A stretch of DNA of 64,000 nt from Actinomycetes bacterium (GTDB lineage Bacteria; Actinomycetota; Acidimicrobiia; Acidimicrobiales; Ilumatobacteraceae), in NCBI GenBank assembly GCA_014190295.1, contig BJGF01000001.1, forward strand, positions 7,518 through 71,517. Direction: 5' to 3'. The number at the start of each line of letters is the position of its first letter. The first letter of the stretch is position 1. The notes under the pieces are model-generated. The model ran no database searches, was not told where the DNA came from, and worked only from the letters and a program-made list of their open reading frames with translations. The translations under genes and the position numbers were made by a program. Below are positions 50,173 to 61,830 of this stretch, one piece after another.

Positions 50173-50789
50173 TTTGCAACCTCCATGGCTGGCAGGCTTG
50201 CTTTTGTAAATACGATCCAGTCATTGCACAAAATGTCGTAGGCATTGAGCTCTGGTGTGCTCAAAACGTGAACGTCAGTGAGATTGCGGAAGCTCTTCCA
50301 GGCACTCTCATCTTTTCGTTCAAGCACGATCATTACGCGACCCGACATGCCCAGTGCGGTGATTGCAGCAGACGCTGCTTTCGTACTTGGAGCAGCAAAG
50401 CCCCAATCTTCGACGACAACGACTTTGTTCTCGCTCATACGATCAGACAAAGCCGAGCGCAAAGCAAGTTGAATCATTTTCTTTGGCGTGCGCTGAGAAT
50501 ATTTGCGTGGCTTTGGCCCAAGAGCCACGCCACCACCGCTGAAATGCGGCGCACGAATCGAACCTTGACGAGCATTACCCGTACCTTTTTGCTTGAACGG
50601 CTTCTTACCGCCACCGCGAACTTCAGAGCGAGTCTTCGTGCTTTGTGTTCCTGAACGACGATGCGCAAGTTGAGCGACTACTACTTGGTGCATCACCGGA
50701 ATATTTGGTGTGATCCCGAACATTGAGTCAGCGACTTCAATCGAGGCGGCTTTTTTGCCGGCTGCATTTTTCATTTCGATCTTTGCCAT
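50169..50789 (-). CDS. rplD: 50S ribosomal protein L4
   Basis: 206 aa with GGGKKPFKQKGTGNARQGSIRAP. Confidence 0.96.
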   Translation of the reverse strand: MAKIEMKNAAGKKAASIEVADSMFGITPNIPVMHQVVVAQLAHRRSGTQSTKTRSEVRGGGKKPFKQKGTGNARQGSIRAPHFSGGGVALGPKPRKYSQRTPKKMIQLALRSALSDRMSENKVVVVEDWGFAAPSTKAASAAITALGMSGRVMIVLERKDESAWKSFRNLTDVHVLSTPELNAYDILCNDWIVFTKASLPAMEVAK

Positions 50790-50791
50790 GA

Positions 50792-51451
50792 CTACCCCTT
50801 GACCGCGCCCTTGACGGCGTTACGAATAATTACGACGCCACCATTTGGACCAGGAACTGAACCCTTGACTAGCAAAAGATTTCGCTCAAGATCGGCTTGA
50901 ACAACTTCAAGATTGAGAGTTGTAACTTGCTCGTGACCCATGTGACCCGACATTCGCAAACCTTTGAATACACGACCAGGGAATGTGCACGAACCAATTG
51001 ATCCTGGTGTGCGGTGGTGCTTGTGGTTACCGTGACTCGCACCTTGACCACTGAAGTTGTGTCGCTTCATTGTTCCGGCGAAACCTTTGCCGCGACTCAC
51101 TGCAGTTACGTCGACACGCTCACCAACAACAAGTGTGTCGACTTTAATTTCTTGGCCAACTTCGAAACCATCTACAGAATCAAGTCGCAATTCAATAAGA
51201 CGACGACCGGCTGCAACATTGCGCACGCCACTCTTTGGGGCGAAATGTCCGGCTTCTGCTTTATTAAGTTTCTTCGGATCGCGTTGTCCGTAAGTAACTT
51301 GCAAGGCGGTGTAACCATCAGTTAGACCTGTTTTTACTTGCACGATTCGAGCTGGCTCAATTCGCAACACGGTGACAGGAACGACGCGTTGATCGTCGCT
51401 CCACACTTGTGTCATGCCGACCTTTTCGCCGACTATCGCTTTTTGTGCCAT
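50792..51451 (-). CDS. rplC: 50S ribosomal protein L3
   Basis: Start at the internal ATG at 51451 (MAQKAIVGEKVGMTQVW). FAGTMKRHNFSGQGASHG motif. Confidence 0.95.
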   Translation of the reverse strand: MAQKAIVGEKVGMTQVWSDDQRVVPVTVLRIEPARIVQVKTGLTDGYTALQVTYGQRDPKKLNKAEAGHFAPKSGVRNVAAGRRLIELRLDSVDGFEVGQEIKVDTLVVGERVDVTAVSRGKGFAGTMKRHNFSGQGASHGNHKHHRTPGSIGSCTFPGRVFKGLRMSGHMGHEQVTTLNLEVVQADLERNLLLVKGSVPGPNGGVVIIRNAVKGAVKG

Positions 51452-51508
51452 GAGGCCAAAACCTTTTCTCGAAATGTTCAATAAAATAATTTGTTTATTC
51501 GCACAAAT

Positions 51509-51535
51509 GCTCCGCGCGGCCAGGGCCTGCGGAGC
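51509..51535 (-). promoter_or_regulatory. stem-loop in the rplC leader (candidate attenuator or terminator)
   Basis: GCTCCGC-N13-GCGGAGC has perfect 7-bp GC-rich arms. On the minus strand it is followed by ATTTGTGCGAATAAACAAATTATTTT, and lies about 58 nt upstream of the rplC ATG. Confidence 0.35.
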
Positions 51536-51602
51536 ACTTTTATAGTTTTCGCTGTGAGGTACTCGCAGATAACACGGGCGCACACAGACATCAATTTTTT
51601 GG

Positions 51603-51631
51603 ATTGATCTCTCCGTTTGCGACTTTGTCAA
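51603..51631 (-). promoter_or_regulatory. candidate promoter for rplC and the downstream S10-operon genes
   Basis: On the minus strand, TTGACA (perfect -35), a 17-nt spacer, then ATCAAT (a weak -10). Confidence 0.3.
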
Positions 51632-51723
51632 AACAAGGCCACGAACGAAGTGTTTACTCTATCCCCCTAAAATCCTGTCCCCAAACGGCAAAACCCAAGA
51701 AAATCGGATATTTATAGCCGTTT

Positions 51724-52947
51724 TTAGCTACTTCGAGCGATCAAGGTAACTTCAAAAATCATCCGTTTGCCGGCCCGCGAAACCTCTATTTTTACGACCT
51801 GGCCAGGCACCGCATCACGAATTGAGGCAACTAGCCCCAACTGACCATCAATTGGTTCTCCGTCCACCGAAAGCACGATGTCATCGATCAGAATTCCGGC
51901 CAGGTCTGCTGGCGAGCCGGCCTGAACATTGGTGATAATCGCACCTTGCCCGCCGTCTTCACGACCCGTCAGGCCTACACCCAAGAAACCTTCTTGGCGT
52001 TTTGCGCCGTTGGCTTGCGCGCGGAGTTGTTCTATCACAACTAATACTTCATCTACAGAAATCGAAAACCCGATGTTGTTTGCAGCCGATTCAGAATCGC
52101 CCCTGGCAACAGCAGTATTGATGCCAACAACTTCGCCTTTTAGATTAACTAATGGTCCGCCAGAGTTGCCAGAAGAAATTGCGGCATCAGTTTGTATCAA
52201 TGAATTAAGTGCACCCGACTCAGTTTCAATAGTGCGTTTCAGCGCTGAGATGATTCCAGAAGTAACTGTTGGCCCACCGTCTAATGCAAGTGCATAACCA
52301 ATTGCGATAACGGCGTCACCGATTCGCACACTTCCAGGTTTGGCAAAAGTTGCTGCGACCAAGCCAGTTGCCTCGATCTTTATCAATGCGAGATCGTTGC
52401 CATCATCGGTTGCTAAAACTGTTGCGACTCGCGGCTCGGTTTCTCCGGCGAAACGAACTACGACCTCTGATGTATCGGCGACCACGTGTGCATTAGTCAA
52501 AATTTCACCGTCAGATGTCAACACGACACCGGTTCCGACTGCACGACCGCCGCCGGTCGCATCAGAAATAGTCGAAGTAATCGTGACGACACTGTTGGCA
52601 AGTCGTGTTGCTACTTGCGCAATAATTGAGTCAGTAATTTCTTCACCTTCTGCCACGACGACAGGTGCTGAAGTTAACTGTGTGACTGTTTGTTTTTGTT
52701 GCAGATCTACAAGATTTGCGTCTTGCGCGATGTATGTGCCGGCAACGCCACCAATCAGACCAAACACGGCAGCGAGAACCATGACACCAAAGAATGCACC
52801 GCGTCGCCGTGGGCGTTGTGTTGATTCATCAGAAACTTGTTGTTCTGCCTCGAATTGCATCTGCAAGGTTGGTGGCGGAAACTGATTCGGTGCAAAGGCA
52901 TCTGTCTGCTCTGGCAACTCAGAAGTAACAGGTGTGTCTTCGCTCAT
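51724..52947 (-). CDS. htrA: HtrA/DegP-family trypsin-like serine protease with PDZ domain, membrane-anchored
   Basis: 407 aa. Pro/Gln-rich N-terminus, one TM helix, catalytic triad contexts TNAHVV, NDLALIKI and GNSGGPLV, and a C-terminal PDZ domain. Confidence 0.88.
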   Translation of the reverse strand: MSEDTPVTSELPEQTDAFAPNQFPPPTLQMQFEAEQQVSDESTQRPRRRGAFFGVMVLAAVFGLIGGVAGTYIAQDANLVDLQQKQTVTQLTSAPVVVAEGEEITDSIIAQVATRLANSVVTITSTISDATGGGRAVGTGVVLTSDGEILTNAHVVADTSEVVVRFAGETEPRVATVLATDDGNDLALIKIEATGLVAATFAKPGSVRIGDAVIAIGYALALDGGPTVTSGIISALKRTIETESGALNSLIQTDAAISSGNSGGPLVNLKGEVVGINTAVARGDSESAANNIGFSISVDEVLVVIEQLRAQANGAKRQEGFLGVGLTGREDGGQGAIITNVQAGSPADLAGILIDDIVLSVDGEPIDGQLGLVASIRDAVPGQVVKIEVSRAGKRMIFEVTLIARSS

Positions 52948-53009
52948 AATTAATCTTAAACGCTAACTAATCGCAACCTGAACCTCAAACAGAGGAACTT
53001 ACTGAATTC

Positions 53010-53324
53010 TTAAGCGTTTTGAATCTTGATTTCGATGTCAACGCCAGCAGGAAGCTCTAGGCGTTGAAGGCTGTCGATTGTCTTGGCATTCGGATCAACA
53101 ATGTCGATTAAGCGTTTGTGAATTCGCATCTCGAAATGTTCGCGCGAGTCTTTGTCAACGTGTGGCCCACGAATAACCGTAAAGCGATGCTTGTCGGTTG
53201 GCAATGGAATAGGACCACGCACCGTCGCGTTCGTTCGAGTGACAGTTTCGACTATTTTCTTTGCAGATTCGTCGATGTTCTGGTGATCAAACGCCTTGAG
53301 ACGGATGCGGATACTTTGTGCCAT
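53010..53324 (-). CDS. rpsJ: 30S ribosomal protein S10
   Basis: [14 protein letters not shown] start, 104 aa. Confidence 0.97.
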   Translation of the reverse strand: MAQSIRIRLKAFDHQNIDESAKKIVETVTRTNATVRGPIPLPTDKHRFTVIRGPHVDKDSREHFEMRIHKRLIDIVDPNAKTIDSLQRLELPAGVDIEIKIQNA

Positions 53325-53349
53325 CAGTTTGAACCGGTTCTAAGACGAT

Positions 53350-54534
53350 CTACTTGATGATCTTCGTTACGCGACCGGCACCTACTGTGCGGCCACCTTC
53401 ACGAATCGCAAAGCGAAGACCTTCAACCATGGCGATTGCCTTGCCGAGTTCGACTGTCATTACAACGTTGTCTCCTGGCATAACCATTTCTGTTCCCTTA
53501 GGAAGTTCAACGGTGCCAGTTACGTCTGTTGTACGGAAGAAGAACTGTGGTCGGTAGTTGTTGAAGAAAGGCTTATGGCGTCCGCCCTCGTCCTTTTTCA
53601 ACACGTAGACCTGACCTTCGAAGTTCGTGTGCGGGGTGATCGAACCTGGCGCACAAAGCACCTGGCCACGCTCTACTTCTTCTTTTTTGGTACCACGCAA
53701 AAGCGCACCGATGTTGTCGCCTGCTTGACCTTCGTCGAGCAACTTACGGAACATTTCTACTCCGGTACAAACTGTCTTTTGTGTGTCACGAAGTCCAACG
53801 ATTTCGATTTCATCGCCAGTGTGAACTTTTCCTTGCTCAACTTTGCCAGTTACTACTGTTCCACGACCAGTGATCGTGAACACGTCTTCAATTGGCATGA
53901 GGAATGGCTTGTCAAGTTCACGCTTTGGCTCTGGGATTGAGTTGTCACAAGCAGTCATGAGCTCCATGATCTTTTCTTGCCACGCTGCATCGCCTTCAAG
54001 GGCTTTGAGCGCCGAGACGCGAACGACTGGACAATTCTTTCCGTCGAACTCGTATGAAGTGAGCAAGTCACGAACTTCTTCTTCAACAAGTTGCAACATT
54101 TCTTCGTCATCAACAGAGTCTGACTTGTTGAGTGCAACCACGATGTACGGCACACCAACTTGACGAGCAAGAAGAACGTGCTCACGAGTTTGTGGCATCG
54201 GGCCGTCAGTTGCGGCTACTACCAAGATTGCTCCGTCTACCTGTGCGGCACCGGTGATCATGTTCTTGATGTAGTCAGCGTGACCTGGCATGTCAACGTG
54301 TGCGTAGTGACGCTTCTCGGTGTTGTACTCAATGTGAGCGATCGAGATCGTGATACCACGAGCCTTCTCTTCAGGTGCCTTGTCGATTTGATCGAAAGGT
54401 GTGTACTCGGCGAGGCCTTTGCCTGCGAGTGTCTTTGAGATCGCTGCAGTAAGTGTGGTTTTGCCGTGGTCAATGTGGCCCATCGTTCCGATGTTTACGT
54501 GGGGCTTGACGCGCTCGAATTTCGCTTTGCTCAT
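53350..54534 (-). CDS. tuf: elongation factor Tu
   Basis: 394 aa with [18 protein letters not shown] and NKSD. Confidence 0.98.
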   Translation of the reverse strand: MSKAKFERVKPHVNIGTMGHIDHGKTTLTAAISKTLAGKGLAEYTPFDQIDKAPEEKARGITISIAHIEYNTEKRHYAHVDMPGHADYIKNMITGAAQVDGAILVVAATDGPMPQTREHVLLARQVGVPYIVVALNKSDSVDDEEMLQLVEEEVRDLLTSYEFDGKNCPVVRVSALKALEGDAAWQEKIMELMTACDNSIPEPKRELDKPFLMPIEDVFTITGRGTVVTGKVEQGKVHTGDEIEIVGLRDTQKTVCTGVEMFRKLLDEGQAGDNIGALLRGTKKEEVERGQVLCAPGSITPHTNFEGQVYVLKKDEGGRHKPFFNNYRPQFFFRTTDVTGTVELPKGTEMVMPGDNVVMTVELGKAIAMVEGLRFAIREGGRTVGAGRVTKIIK

Positions 54535-54586
54535 TGTTCTTGTCTCCTGTTATCGCTGGTTACTGTTGAAAATTTGGCTTGCTTGA

Positions 54587-56671
54587 CTATTCGCCACGCA
54601 CGCGCTTGATGATTTCTATTGATATTGCTTCGGGCACTTGCTGATACGAATGAAACTGCATCGTGTAAGTCGCACGCCCTTGAGTACGAGAACGCAGGTC
54701 TGTACTGTATCCGAACATTTCGGAAAGCGGAACCTGTGACCTGACGATTTGTGCGTTTCCATTGGCTTCCATGCCTTCAATACGACCTCGACGGCTTGAA
54801 AGATCGCCAATTACGTCACCCATGTAGTCCTCAGGAGTTACAACTTCGACGGCCATAATCGGCTCAAGAAGTACTGGTTTGGCAAGTTGTGCTGCCTTGC
54901 GGAAGACCATCTGACCAGCAATTTTGAAAGCCATTTCGCTTGAGTCAACGTCGTGGTACTGACCATCCATAAGTGAAACTTTTACGTCAACAGTTGGATA
55001 ACCAGCGAGCACACCATTGTCAAGTGCCGACTGAATACCTTGGTTTACAGGCTGAATATATTCACGCGGAATTCGACCACCAGTGATTTCGTCTTCGAAC
55101 TGATAGCCGCCGCCTGGGCCACTTGGCTCGATCGTCACTTTTACAACTGCGAACTGACCAGAACCACCAGTTTGTTTGATGTGTCGGTATTCGATGTTCT
55201 CAATTTTCTTTGTGATTGTTTCGCGATATGCAACTTGTGGTTTGCCAACAGTTGCGTCAACGGCGAACTCTCGCTGCATGCGGTCAACAAGAATTTCAAG
55301 GTGCAACTCGCCCATTCCTGAAATTACGGTCTGACCAGTTTCAATATCTGTTCGAACTCTGAAGGTCGGGTCTTCATCAGACAACGACTTGAGTGCTTTG
55401 CCAAGTTTGTCCTGATCGTTTTTGGTTTTTGGCTCAATTGCCACGTGAATAACCGGCTCCGGAAAAATCATGCGCTCCAAAATAATTGGATCGTTGCGAT
55501 CGCAAAGTGTGTCGCCAGTTGTTACATCTTTGAAACCAAGACCAGCAACGATGTCTCCAGCCATTGCAAATTCGATGTCTTCGCGTTGGTTGGCGTGCAT
55601 CAACAACAAACGACCGACGCGCTCACGCTTCTCTTTTACTGAGTTGTAAACCTCGTCACCTTTTGTAATCGTTCCTGAATAAACGCGGAAGTATGTCAAG
55701 CGACCAAATGGATCGGCGACAATCTTGAACGCAAGCGCAGCAAACGGACCTTTTTCATCGGCATTGCGTGAAATATGTTCGTCACCTTTGATATTGGTGC
55801 CCGAGGCTGGCGGAATATCTAATGGGCACGGCATGTAGTCAACAATGGCGTCCAACATTTGTTGTACACCTTTGTTTTTGAAAGCTGAACCACAAAGAAT
55901 CGGCACGAAACTAAACGACAAAGTTCCCATGCGTAGACCTCGGCGCAAATCATCTTCGCTAAGGTCGTCGTTGGCGATGAACTTCTCCATTAATTGTTCG
56001 TCTTCTGAAGCAACGAGATCTAACAATTCAGCGCGATATTGCTTGGCCTTGTCGAGATAATCGGCAGGAATATCTTCTTCGTGATACTCAGAATCTTTCT
56101 CGTCGCCGTCCCAGACGATTGACTTCATTTTTACTAAATCGATAATTCCTTTAAAGCCCGCCTCGGCGCCATACGGCAATTGCAAAACTGCAGGCACTGC
56201 GGCGAGACGATCTTTGATCATGTCAAGTGTGCGATAAAAATTGGCGCCCGTGCGGTCCATCTTGTTAATGAAGCACATTCGCGGAACCTTGTATTTGTTG
56301 GCTTGGCGCCAAACAGTTTCTGTTTGTGGCTCAACGCCAGCAACCGAGTCGAAAACAGCAACTGCACCGTCGAGCACGCGCAACGAGCGCTCTACTTCGA
56401 TTGTGAAGTCAACGTGACCTGGAGTGTCGATGATGTTGATGCGATGCTCGCGCCAAACTGCGGTTGTCGCAGCCGATGTAATTGTGATGCCACGCTCTTG
56501 CTCTTGAATCATGAAGTCCATGACGGCTGCACCTTCGTGCACTTCACCGATCTTGTACGTCTTGCCCGTGTAATAAAGAACGCGCTCGGTCGTGGTTGTT
56601 TTTCCGGCGTCAATGTGCGCCATGATTCCGATGTTGCGGTATTTTTCTAGTGGAAACTCGCGTGATGGCAT
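54587..56671 (-). CDS. fusA: elongation factor G
   Basis: 694 aa with [20 protein letters not shown] and NKMD. Confidence 0.98.
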   Translation of the reverse strand: MPSREFPLEKYRNIGIMAHIDAGKTTTTERVLYYTGKTYKIGEVHEGAAVMDFMIQEQERGITITSAATTAVWREHRINIIDTPGHVDFTIEVERSLRVLDGAVAVFDSVAGVEPQTETVWRQANKYKVPRMCFINKMDRTGANFYRTLDMIKDRLAAVPAVLQLPYGAEAGFKGIIDLVKMKSIVWDGDEKDSEYHEEDIPADYLDKAKQYRAELLDLVASEDEQLMEKFIANDDLSEDDLRRGLRMGTLSFSFVPILCGSAFKNKGVQQMLDAIVDYMPCPLDIPPASGTNIKGDEHISRNADEKGPFAALAFKIVADPFGRLTYFRVYSGTITKGDEVYNSVKEKRERVGRLLLMHANQREDIEFAMAGDIVAGLGFKDVTTGDTLCDRNDPIILERMIFPEPVIHVAIEPKTKNDQDKLGKALKSLSDEDPTFRVRTDIETGQTVISGMGELHLEILVDRMQREFAVDATVGKPQVAYRETITKKIENIEYRHIKQTGGSGQFAVVKVTIEPSGPGGGYQFEDEITGGRIPREYIQPVNQGIQSALDNGVLAGYPTVDVKVSLMDGQYHDVDSSEMAFKIAGQMVFRKAAQLAKPVLLEPIMAVEVVTPEDYMGDVIGDLSSRRGRIEGMEANGNAQIVRSQVPLSEMFGYSTDLRSRTQGRATYTMQFHSYQQVPEAISIEIIKRVRGE

Positions 56672-56701
56672 GGGGGTGTACCTAAGAAATCTTGCTCAGT
56701 A

Positions 56702-57172
56702 TTACCAGCGGTAGTGAGCGAACGCTTTGTTCGACTCCGCCATCTTTTGCATATCTTCGCGCTTCTTCATCGATGCGCCAAGACCATTCGATGCATCCAT
56801 CAATTCACTGGCGAGACATTCAGCCATCGTCTTCTCGCGACGACCGCGTGCGTTTTCTACAATCCAACGAATCGCCAATGTTGTTGCACGACGTGGTCGC
56901 ACTTCAACTGGCACTTGATAAGTTGCACCACCAACACGGCGACTGCGAACTTCTAGTGGCGGCTTAACATTGTCAACTGCACGCTTGACGGCGGTGAGTG
57001 GCTCTGCGCCCATTTTTGTCTCCATGACTTTCATTGCGTCATAGACGATTGATTCAGCGATGCTCTTTTTGCCGTGCAACATAACTTTGTTGACGATCTG
57101 AGTTACAAGTGAAGAGCGATAAACAGGATCTGCTGCGAACTCGCGACGGGCTACCGGACCTTTACGTGGCAT
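56702..57172 (-). CDS. rpsG: 30S ribosomal protein S7
   Basis: [11 protein letters not shown] start and C-terminus AFAHYRW. Confidence 0.97.
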   Translation of the reverse strand: MPRKGPVARREFAADPVYRSSLVTQIVNKVMLHGKKSIAESIVYDAMKVMETKMGAEPLTAVKRAVDNVKPPLEVRSRRVGGATYQVPVEVRPRRATTLAIRWIVENARGRREKTMAECLASELMDASNGLGASMKKREDMQKMAESNKAFAHYRW

Positions 57173-57182
57173 ATATAAACCT

Positions 57183-57554
57183 TTACTTGCTCTTCTTCGC
57201 GCCGTAACGGCTACGAGATTGCTTGCGGTCTTTTACTCCGGCGGCATCAAGTGCGCCACGAATAACTTTGTAACGAACACCTGGAAGATCACGAACACGA
57301 CCGCCACGCACAAGCACGATTGAGTGCTCTTGCAAGTTGTGTCCTTCGCCAGGAATGTAGGCGGTGATTTCTACGCCGCTAGTCAGTCGCACACGAGCAA
57401 CTTTGCGCAATGCCGAGTTTGGCTTTTTTGGTGTAGTTGTAAAAACACGCGTGCATACTCCGCGACGTTGAGGAGAACCCTTGAGTGCCGGAGTCTTGGT
57501 CTTTGAAGACTTCGAGCTTCGACCCTGGCGGATCAACTGTTGAATTGTGGGCAC
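57183..57554 (-). CDS. rpsL: 30S ribosomal protein S12
   Basis: GTG start, [11 protein letters not shown] and [10 protein letters not shown]. Confidence 0.97.
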   Translation of the reverse strand: MPTIQQLIRQGRSSKSSKTKTPALKGSPQRRGVCTRVFTTTPKKPNSALRKVARVRLTSGVEITAYIPGEGHNLQEHSIVLVRGGRVRDLPGVRYKVIRGALDAAGVKDRKQSRSRYGAKKSK

Positions 57555-57625
57555 GCAAACGACCTTTTTTGATATTGCTGTTACGGAAACTATCTATTCA
57601 AAATCACCCGCAAACGGGACAGTGA

Positions 57626-57655
57626 ATACTACGGTTCATCGGCTCGTCTCGGCAA
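57626..57655 (-). promoter_or_regulatory. candidate rpsL-operon promoter
   Basis: On the minus strand, TTGCCG, an 18-nt spacer, then TAGTAT, about 70 nt upstream of the rpsL start. By-eye hexamer match only. Confidence 0.25.
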
Positions 57656-57669
57656 CCTGCCAAGACGAG
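57643..57669 (-). terminator. strong stem-loop just after rpoC (candidate terminator or processing site)
   Basis: CTCGTCTTGGCA-GGT-TGCCGAGACGAG forms a roughly 12-bp stem 14 nt after the rpoC stop. No U-tract follows. Confidence 0.35.
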
Positions 57670-57682
57670 TCAACAAAACGAA

Positions 57683-60600
57683 TTATTGAGCTATCTCGCT
57701 ATCTGGACCAGCATCAAAGCCGTTATCAAGTTCGGTGCTTAGATCAGAACCAAGATCAGTCTCAACTATTGAACTTTCGCTGGTTTCGCTGGCAACTGGC
57801 TCAATCTCTTCGACCGAATCTTCGACTAAATCTTGGGCCGAATCTTGCGCTTGATCGTCGGCAACATATGTGCCTTTCAATCCTGCCAAGTATGCGGCTG
57901 GATCGGCTTCGTCATCGCTCGAGTAGTAAGCCATCGGCACATAATCTGGCGCGCTGACATCAAACAAGTTGTAGCGATCCATTCCGGTACCGGCTGGGAT
58001 CAATTTTCCGATGATGATGTTTTCTTTGAGGCCAACCAAATGATCTGACTTGCCGTCAATCGCTGCCTCGGTGAGAACACGAGTTGTTTCTTGGAAGGAT
58101 GCTGCAGACAACCATGATTCGGTTGCAAGCGACGCCTTGGTGATACCCATAAGTTCTGGGCGACCCTCGGCTGGCTTCTTTCCTTGTTCGACGATTGCAC
58201 GGTTGACATCGCGGAAATCTTTCGAGTCTGCGCGATGACCTGGCAAGAAGTGTGTGTCGCCTGGTTCTTGCACGCTTACTCGGCGTGTCATTTGACGAAC
58301 GATCAACTCGATGTGCTTGTCGTGAATCGCTACACCTTGGTCGCGATAAACTTTTTGCACTTCTTCAACGAGATATTGTTGGGTCTCGCGAATTCCCTTG
58401 ATCACCATTAGTTCTTTTGGATCTAATGGACCATCAGTGATGCGATCCCCTGCTTCAACACTCTGGCCATCCTTGACTAACGGACGACTTCCAGTTGGCA
58501 AGATGATCTCAATTTCTTGACCTTGATCGTCAATAACTTTGATCGGAATACCCTTGCCTTCGTCTTCAAGAATTCGAAGAACACCAGTTGCCGGCACAAG
58601 TCGGGCCGAACCCTTCGGGTTTCGTGCTTCGAAAAGTTCAACGACGCGTGGCAAACCGCCAGCGATGTCTTTTCCGGCAACACCACCAGTGTGGAAGGTA
58701 CGCATCGTCAACTGAGTACCAGGCTCACCAATTGATTGTGCGGCAATTACACCAACTGCTTCACCAAGTTCGATGTCTTTACCGGTTGCAAGTGAACGAC
58801 CATAACATTTTGCGCAAACGCCAACTTCGGCGTCGCAAGTTACAACCGAGCGAACTCGAACACGCGAAACTTTTGCATCGTTACGCAATGTTTCCATTTC
58901 GATATCGCCCACGATCGTGTTTTTCGGCATTACCGAACCGTCTGAAAGTTCGATGTCGTTGAGCAATGCACGTCCAAACAACTTTGTTTCGAGATAAGCA
59001 CGAGTGTTCGCAGTATCTGCGCCAACGTTTTCTACCCAAACACCAAGTGTCGTTCCACAATCGTCTTCACGAACGATTAGTTCTTGAGCAACGTCATGCA
59101 AACGGCGAGTTAGATAACCCGAGTCAGCCGTACGAAGCGCAGTGTCTACAAGGCCCTTACGAGCACCTGGAGTTGCAATGAAGTACTCAAGAGTTTGCAG
59201 ACCTTCACGGAAGTTGCTCTTGATCGGACGAGGAATCATGTCACCACGAGGGTTGGCAACGAGTCCACGCATACCTGCGATCTGACGCATCTGGGTCATG
59301 TTTCCACGAGCACCAGAACCGATCATCATGTCAACAGGATTGAAATGCAATGCTTTGAATTCTGCTTCCATTGCTTCTTGAACATCAGCAGTAGCAGCAG
59401 TCCAAATTCGAACTTCTTGCTGACGACGCTCGCCGTCGGTGATGATTCCACGACGGAACTGGTTCTCAACTTTTTCTGCCTGCTTCTCATAACCGTCGAG
59501 AATTCCGCGCTTGGCCTTTGGAGTCTTGACGTCATCAACCGAAACGGTGAGTCCCGACTGTGATGCATAGCGATAACAAATGTTCTTGATCGCGTCAAGT
59601 GACGAAGCAATAACTGCCTTCGGATAATTATCGCTCAAGCGTTCAACGATTACGCCGAACTCTTTTTTCTTGACTGCGGCAGAAATATGTCCGAAGCGCT
59701 TTGAGAAATCTTTTGGCAGAACTTCTTCGAACAACATGCGACCTGCAGTTGTTTCAAATTTTTCAGTCTTAACACCATCAACCATTTCTACGAATTTGAT
59801 CTTGGCGTGCAGTTTTATACCGCCTTCATCAAGAGCACGCGTAATCTCCCACATTGATTTGAAAACTCGGCCTTCGCCTTTGAGTCCTGCTTCTTCACGT
59901 GTCAAATAAAAGCCACCGATTACAAGGTCTTGCTGTGGCGTAACAATTGGTCGACCAGATGCTGGTGACAAAATGTTGTTCGCCGAAAGCATCAACACAC
60001 GAGCCTCTGCTTGCGCTTCAACCGACAATGGCAAGTGAACTGCCATCTGGTCTCCGTCGAAGTCAGCGTTGAACGCCGTACATACAAGTGGGTGCAAGTG
60101 AATCGCTTTGCCTTCAACAAGTACTGGCTCGAAAGCCTGAATACCAAGTCGGTGCAAAGTCGGTGCGCGGTTAAGCAACACTGGATGCTCTTTGATTACT
60201 TCTTCAAGTACGTCCCAAACTTGTGGACGACGACGCTCAACCATGCGCTTGGCAGACTTAATGTTCTGCGCAAGTTGCTGATCGGCAAGTCGCTTCATTA
60301 CGAATGGCTTGAACAATTCAAGTGCCATCAACTTTGGCAAACCACATTGCTGAAGTCGCAGAGTTGGTCCGGCAACGATTACTGAACGACCTGAATAGTC
60401 AACGCGCTTGCCGAGCAAGTTCTGACGGAAGCGACCTTGCTTGCCTTTGAGTCCATCTGAAAGAGACTTAAGCGGACGATTGCCCGGTCCACTAACCGGA
60501 CGACCACGACGGCCGTTGTCGAATAGAGCGTCTGCTGCTTCTTGCAACATTCGCTTTTCGTTGTTGACGATGATCTCTGGCGCACCCAGTTCGAGCAGTC

Positions 60601-61756
60601 GGCTCAAACGGTTGTTGCGGTTGATCACACGACGATAAAGGTCGTTCAAGTCTGAAGTTGCAAAGCGACCACCATCGAGCTGCACCATCGGGCGCAACTC
60701 TGGAGGAATAACTGGGATGACATCCAAAATCATTGCCTTTGGATTGTTGACCAATCGCTCATCTTTGTCACGACGGTTGAATGAAGCAACAATTTTCAAA
60801 CGCTTGATCGCCTTTTGCTTTCGTTGCGTTGAAAGTGGCTTGCCGTTTAGACCATTGATGATCGCCTCACGAAGAATTATTTCTTCTGAGTCAAAATCAA
60901 TTGTGTCGATCAAAACTTTGATCGATTCTGCACCTGTGCCACCAGTGAAATACTCTTCATAGCGGTCTTTGATTTCGCGCCATAGTTCTTCATCGTCAAT
61001 AATCATGCGTGGATGAAGTTTTTGGAAAGTCTCAAACGCGCGCTCAAGACGATCAAGGTCTTTCGTGTGACGATCGAGAATCGACGCGAGATCTTTATCG
61101 ATCAGTTTTTGCTTGGCGCGAATATCGCTTTCTTTTGCGCCTTCTTTTTCGAGTTCTTTTAGTTCGGCTTCGGCATCTTTTTGACGAAGTTTGATTTCTT
61201 TGTCGCGTCGCTTGGCGCCCTCTTCACGATCTTCGAGATACTCTTTTTCAAGCGTCTGCATTTCTAAGTGACGCTTGTCGACATCAACTTCACTAACCAA
61301 CCATGCAGCGAAATAAATTACTTTTTCAAGTTGCTTTGCCTTGATTTCTTCGCGCGACTCTAGGCCGCCGAGAAGATACGCCAACCAACTGCGGGTACCG
61401 CGTAGATACCAAATGTGTACGACTGGTGCAGCAAGTTCAATATGACCCATGCGCTCACGACGTACTTTTGAACGTGTTACTTCAACGCCACACTTTTCGC
61501 AGATGATTCCCTTAAAACGAACACGCTTGTATTTGCCGCAATAGCATTCCCAATCGCGGGTTGGTCCGAAGATTTTTTCGCAGAACAAACCATCGCGCTC
61601 TGGGCGCAATGTGCGGTAGTTGATCGTCTCTGGCTTCTTGACTTCACCGCGTGACCAGTTGCGAATGTCATCGGCTGTTGCCAAACCGATACGCAGCTGT
61701 TGAAAGCTGTTGATGTCCAACTTGCGCTTGTTCTCGTCGATAACTACATCTGACAT
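57683..61756 (-). CDS. rpoC: DNA-directed RNA polymerase beta-prime subunit
   Basis: 1357 aa. Zinc finger [23 protein letters not shown], catalytic NADFDGD, and an acidic C-terminal tail. Confidence 0.98.
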   Translation of the reverse strand: MSDVVIDENKRKLDINSFQQLRIGLATADDIRNWSRGEVKKPETINYRTLRPERDGLFCEKIFGPTRDWECYCGKYKRVRFKGIICEKCGVEVTRSKVRRERMGHIELAAPVVHIWYLRGTRSWLAYLLGGLESREEIKAKQLEKVIYFAAWLVSEVDVDKRHLEMQTLEKEYLEDREEGAKRRDKEIKLRQKDAEAELKELEKEGAKESDIRAKQKLIDKDLASILDRHTKDLDRLERAFETFQKLHPRMIIDDEELWREIKDRYEEYFTGGTGAESIKVLIDTIDFDSEEIILREAIINGLNGKPLSTQRKQKAIKRLKIVASFNRRDKDERLVNNPKAMILDVIPVIPPELRPMVQLDGGRFATSDLNDLYRRVINRNNRLSRLLELGAPEIIVNNEKRMLQEAADALFDNGRRGRPVSGPGNRPLKSLSDGLKGKQGRFRQNLLGKRVDYSGRSVIVAGPTLRLQQCGLPKLMALELFKPFVMKRLADQQLAQNIKSAKRMVERRRPQVWDVLEEVIKEHPVLLNRAPTLHRLGIQAFEPVLVEGKAIHLHPLVCTAFNADFDGDQMAVHLPLSVEAQAEARVLMLSANNILSPASGRPIVTPQQDLVIGGFYLTREEAGLKGEGRVFKSMWEITRALDEGGIKLHAKIKFVEMVDGVKTEKFETTAGRMLFEEVLPKDFSKRFGHISAAVKKKEFGVIVERLSDNYPKAVIASSLDAIKNICYRYASQSGLTVSVDDVKTPKAKRGILDGYEKQAEKVENQFRRGIITDGERRQQEVRIWTAATADVQEAMEAEFKALHFNPVDMMIGSGARGNMTQMRQIAGMRGLVANPRGDMIPRPIKSNFREGLQTLEYFIATPGARKGLVDTALRTADSGYLTRRLHDVAQELIVREDDCGTTLGVWVENVGADTANTRAYLETKLFGRALLNDIELSDGSVMPKNTIVGDIEMETLRNDAKVSRVRVRSVVTCDAEVGVCAKCYGRSLATGKDIELGEAVGVIAAQSIGEPGTQLTMRTFHTGGVAGKDIAGGLPRVVELFEARNPKGSARLVPATGVLRILEDEGKGIPIKVIDDQGQEIEIILPTGSRPLVKDGQSVEAGDRITDGPLDPKELMVIKGIRETQQYLVEEVQKVYRDQGVAIHDKHIELIVRQMTRRVSVQEPGDTHFLPGHRADSKDFRDVNRAIVEQGKKPAEGRPELMGITKASLATESWLSAASFQETTRVLTEAAIDGKSDHLVGLKENIIIGKLIPAGTGMDRYNLFDVSAPDYVPMAYYSSDDEADPAAYLAGLKGTYVADDQAQDSAQDLVEDSVEEIEPVASETSESSIVETDLGSDLSTELDNGFDAGPDSEIAQ
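57801..57862 (-). repeat. degenerate in-frame 12-nt tandem repeats in the rpoC 3' tail
   Basis: The units are CGAATCTTCGAC, TAAATCTTGGGC, CGAATCTTGCGC and TTGATCGTCGGC, plus a preceding related unit. They encode the [18 protein letters not shown] stretch. Confidence 0.7.
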
Positions 61757-61830
61757 GGTTGTCCTTTTGATCTACTGCCGGTTCATCAATTGAATTGCTA
61801 TTTATATAGTTGAATTATTTAATAACTTTG

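Noticed and set aside
51452-51723. The largest intergenic gap was checked for a tRNA or small RNA gene.
   Set aside because: There is no cloverleaf, no T-loop GTTCGAAT-type box and no other recognisable RNA gene. It is treated as a leader or promoter region instead.
52340-52885. A 181-aa plus-strand ORF opposite htrA. Similar antisense ORFs occur at 7155-7637, 12129-12563, 24407-24904, 50160-50654 and 56180-56650.
   Set aside because: All lie fully within well-supported genes on the other strand and have no motifs. They are shadow ORFs.
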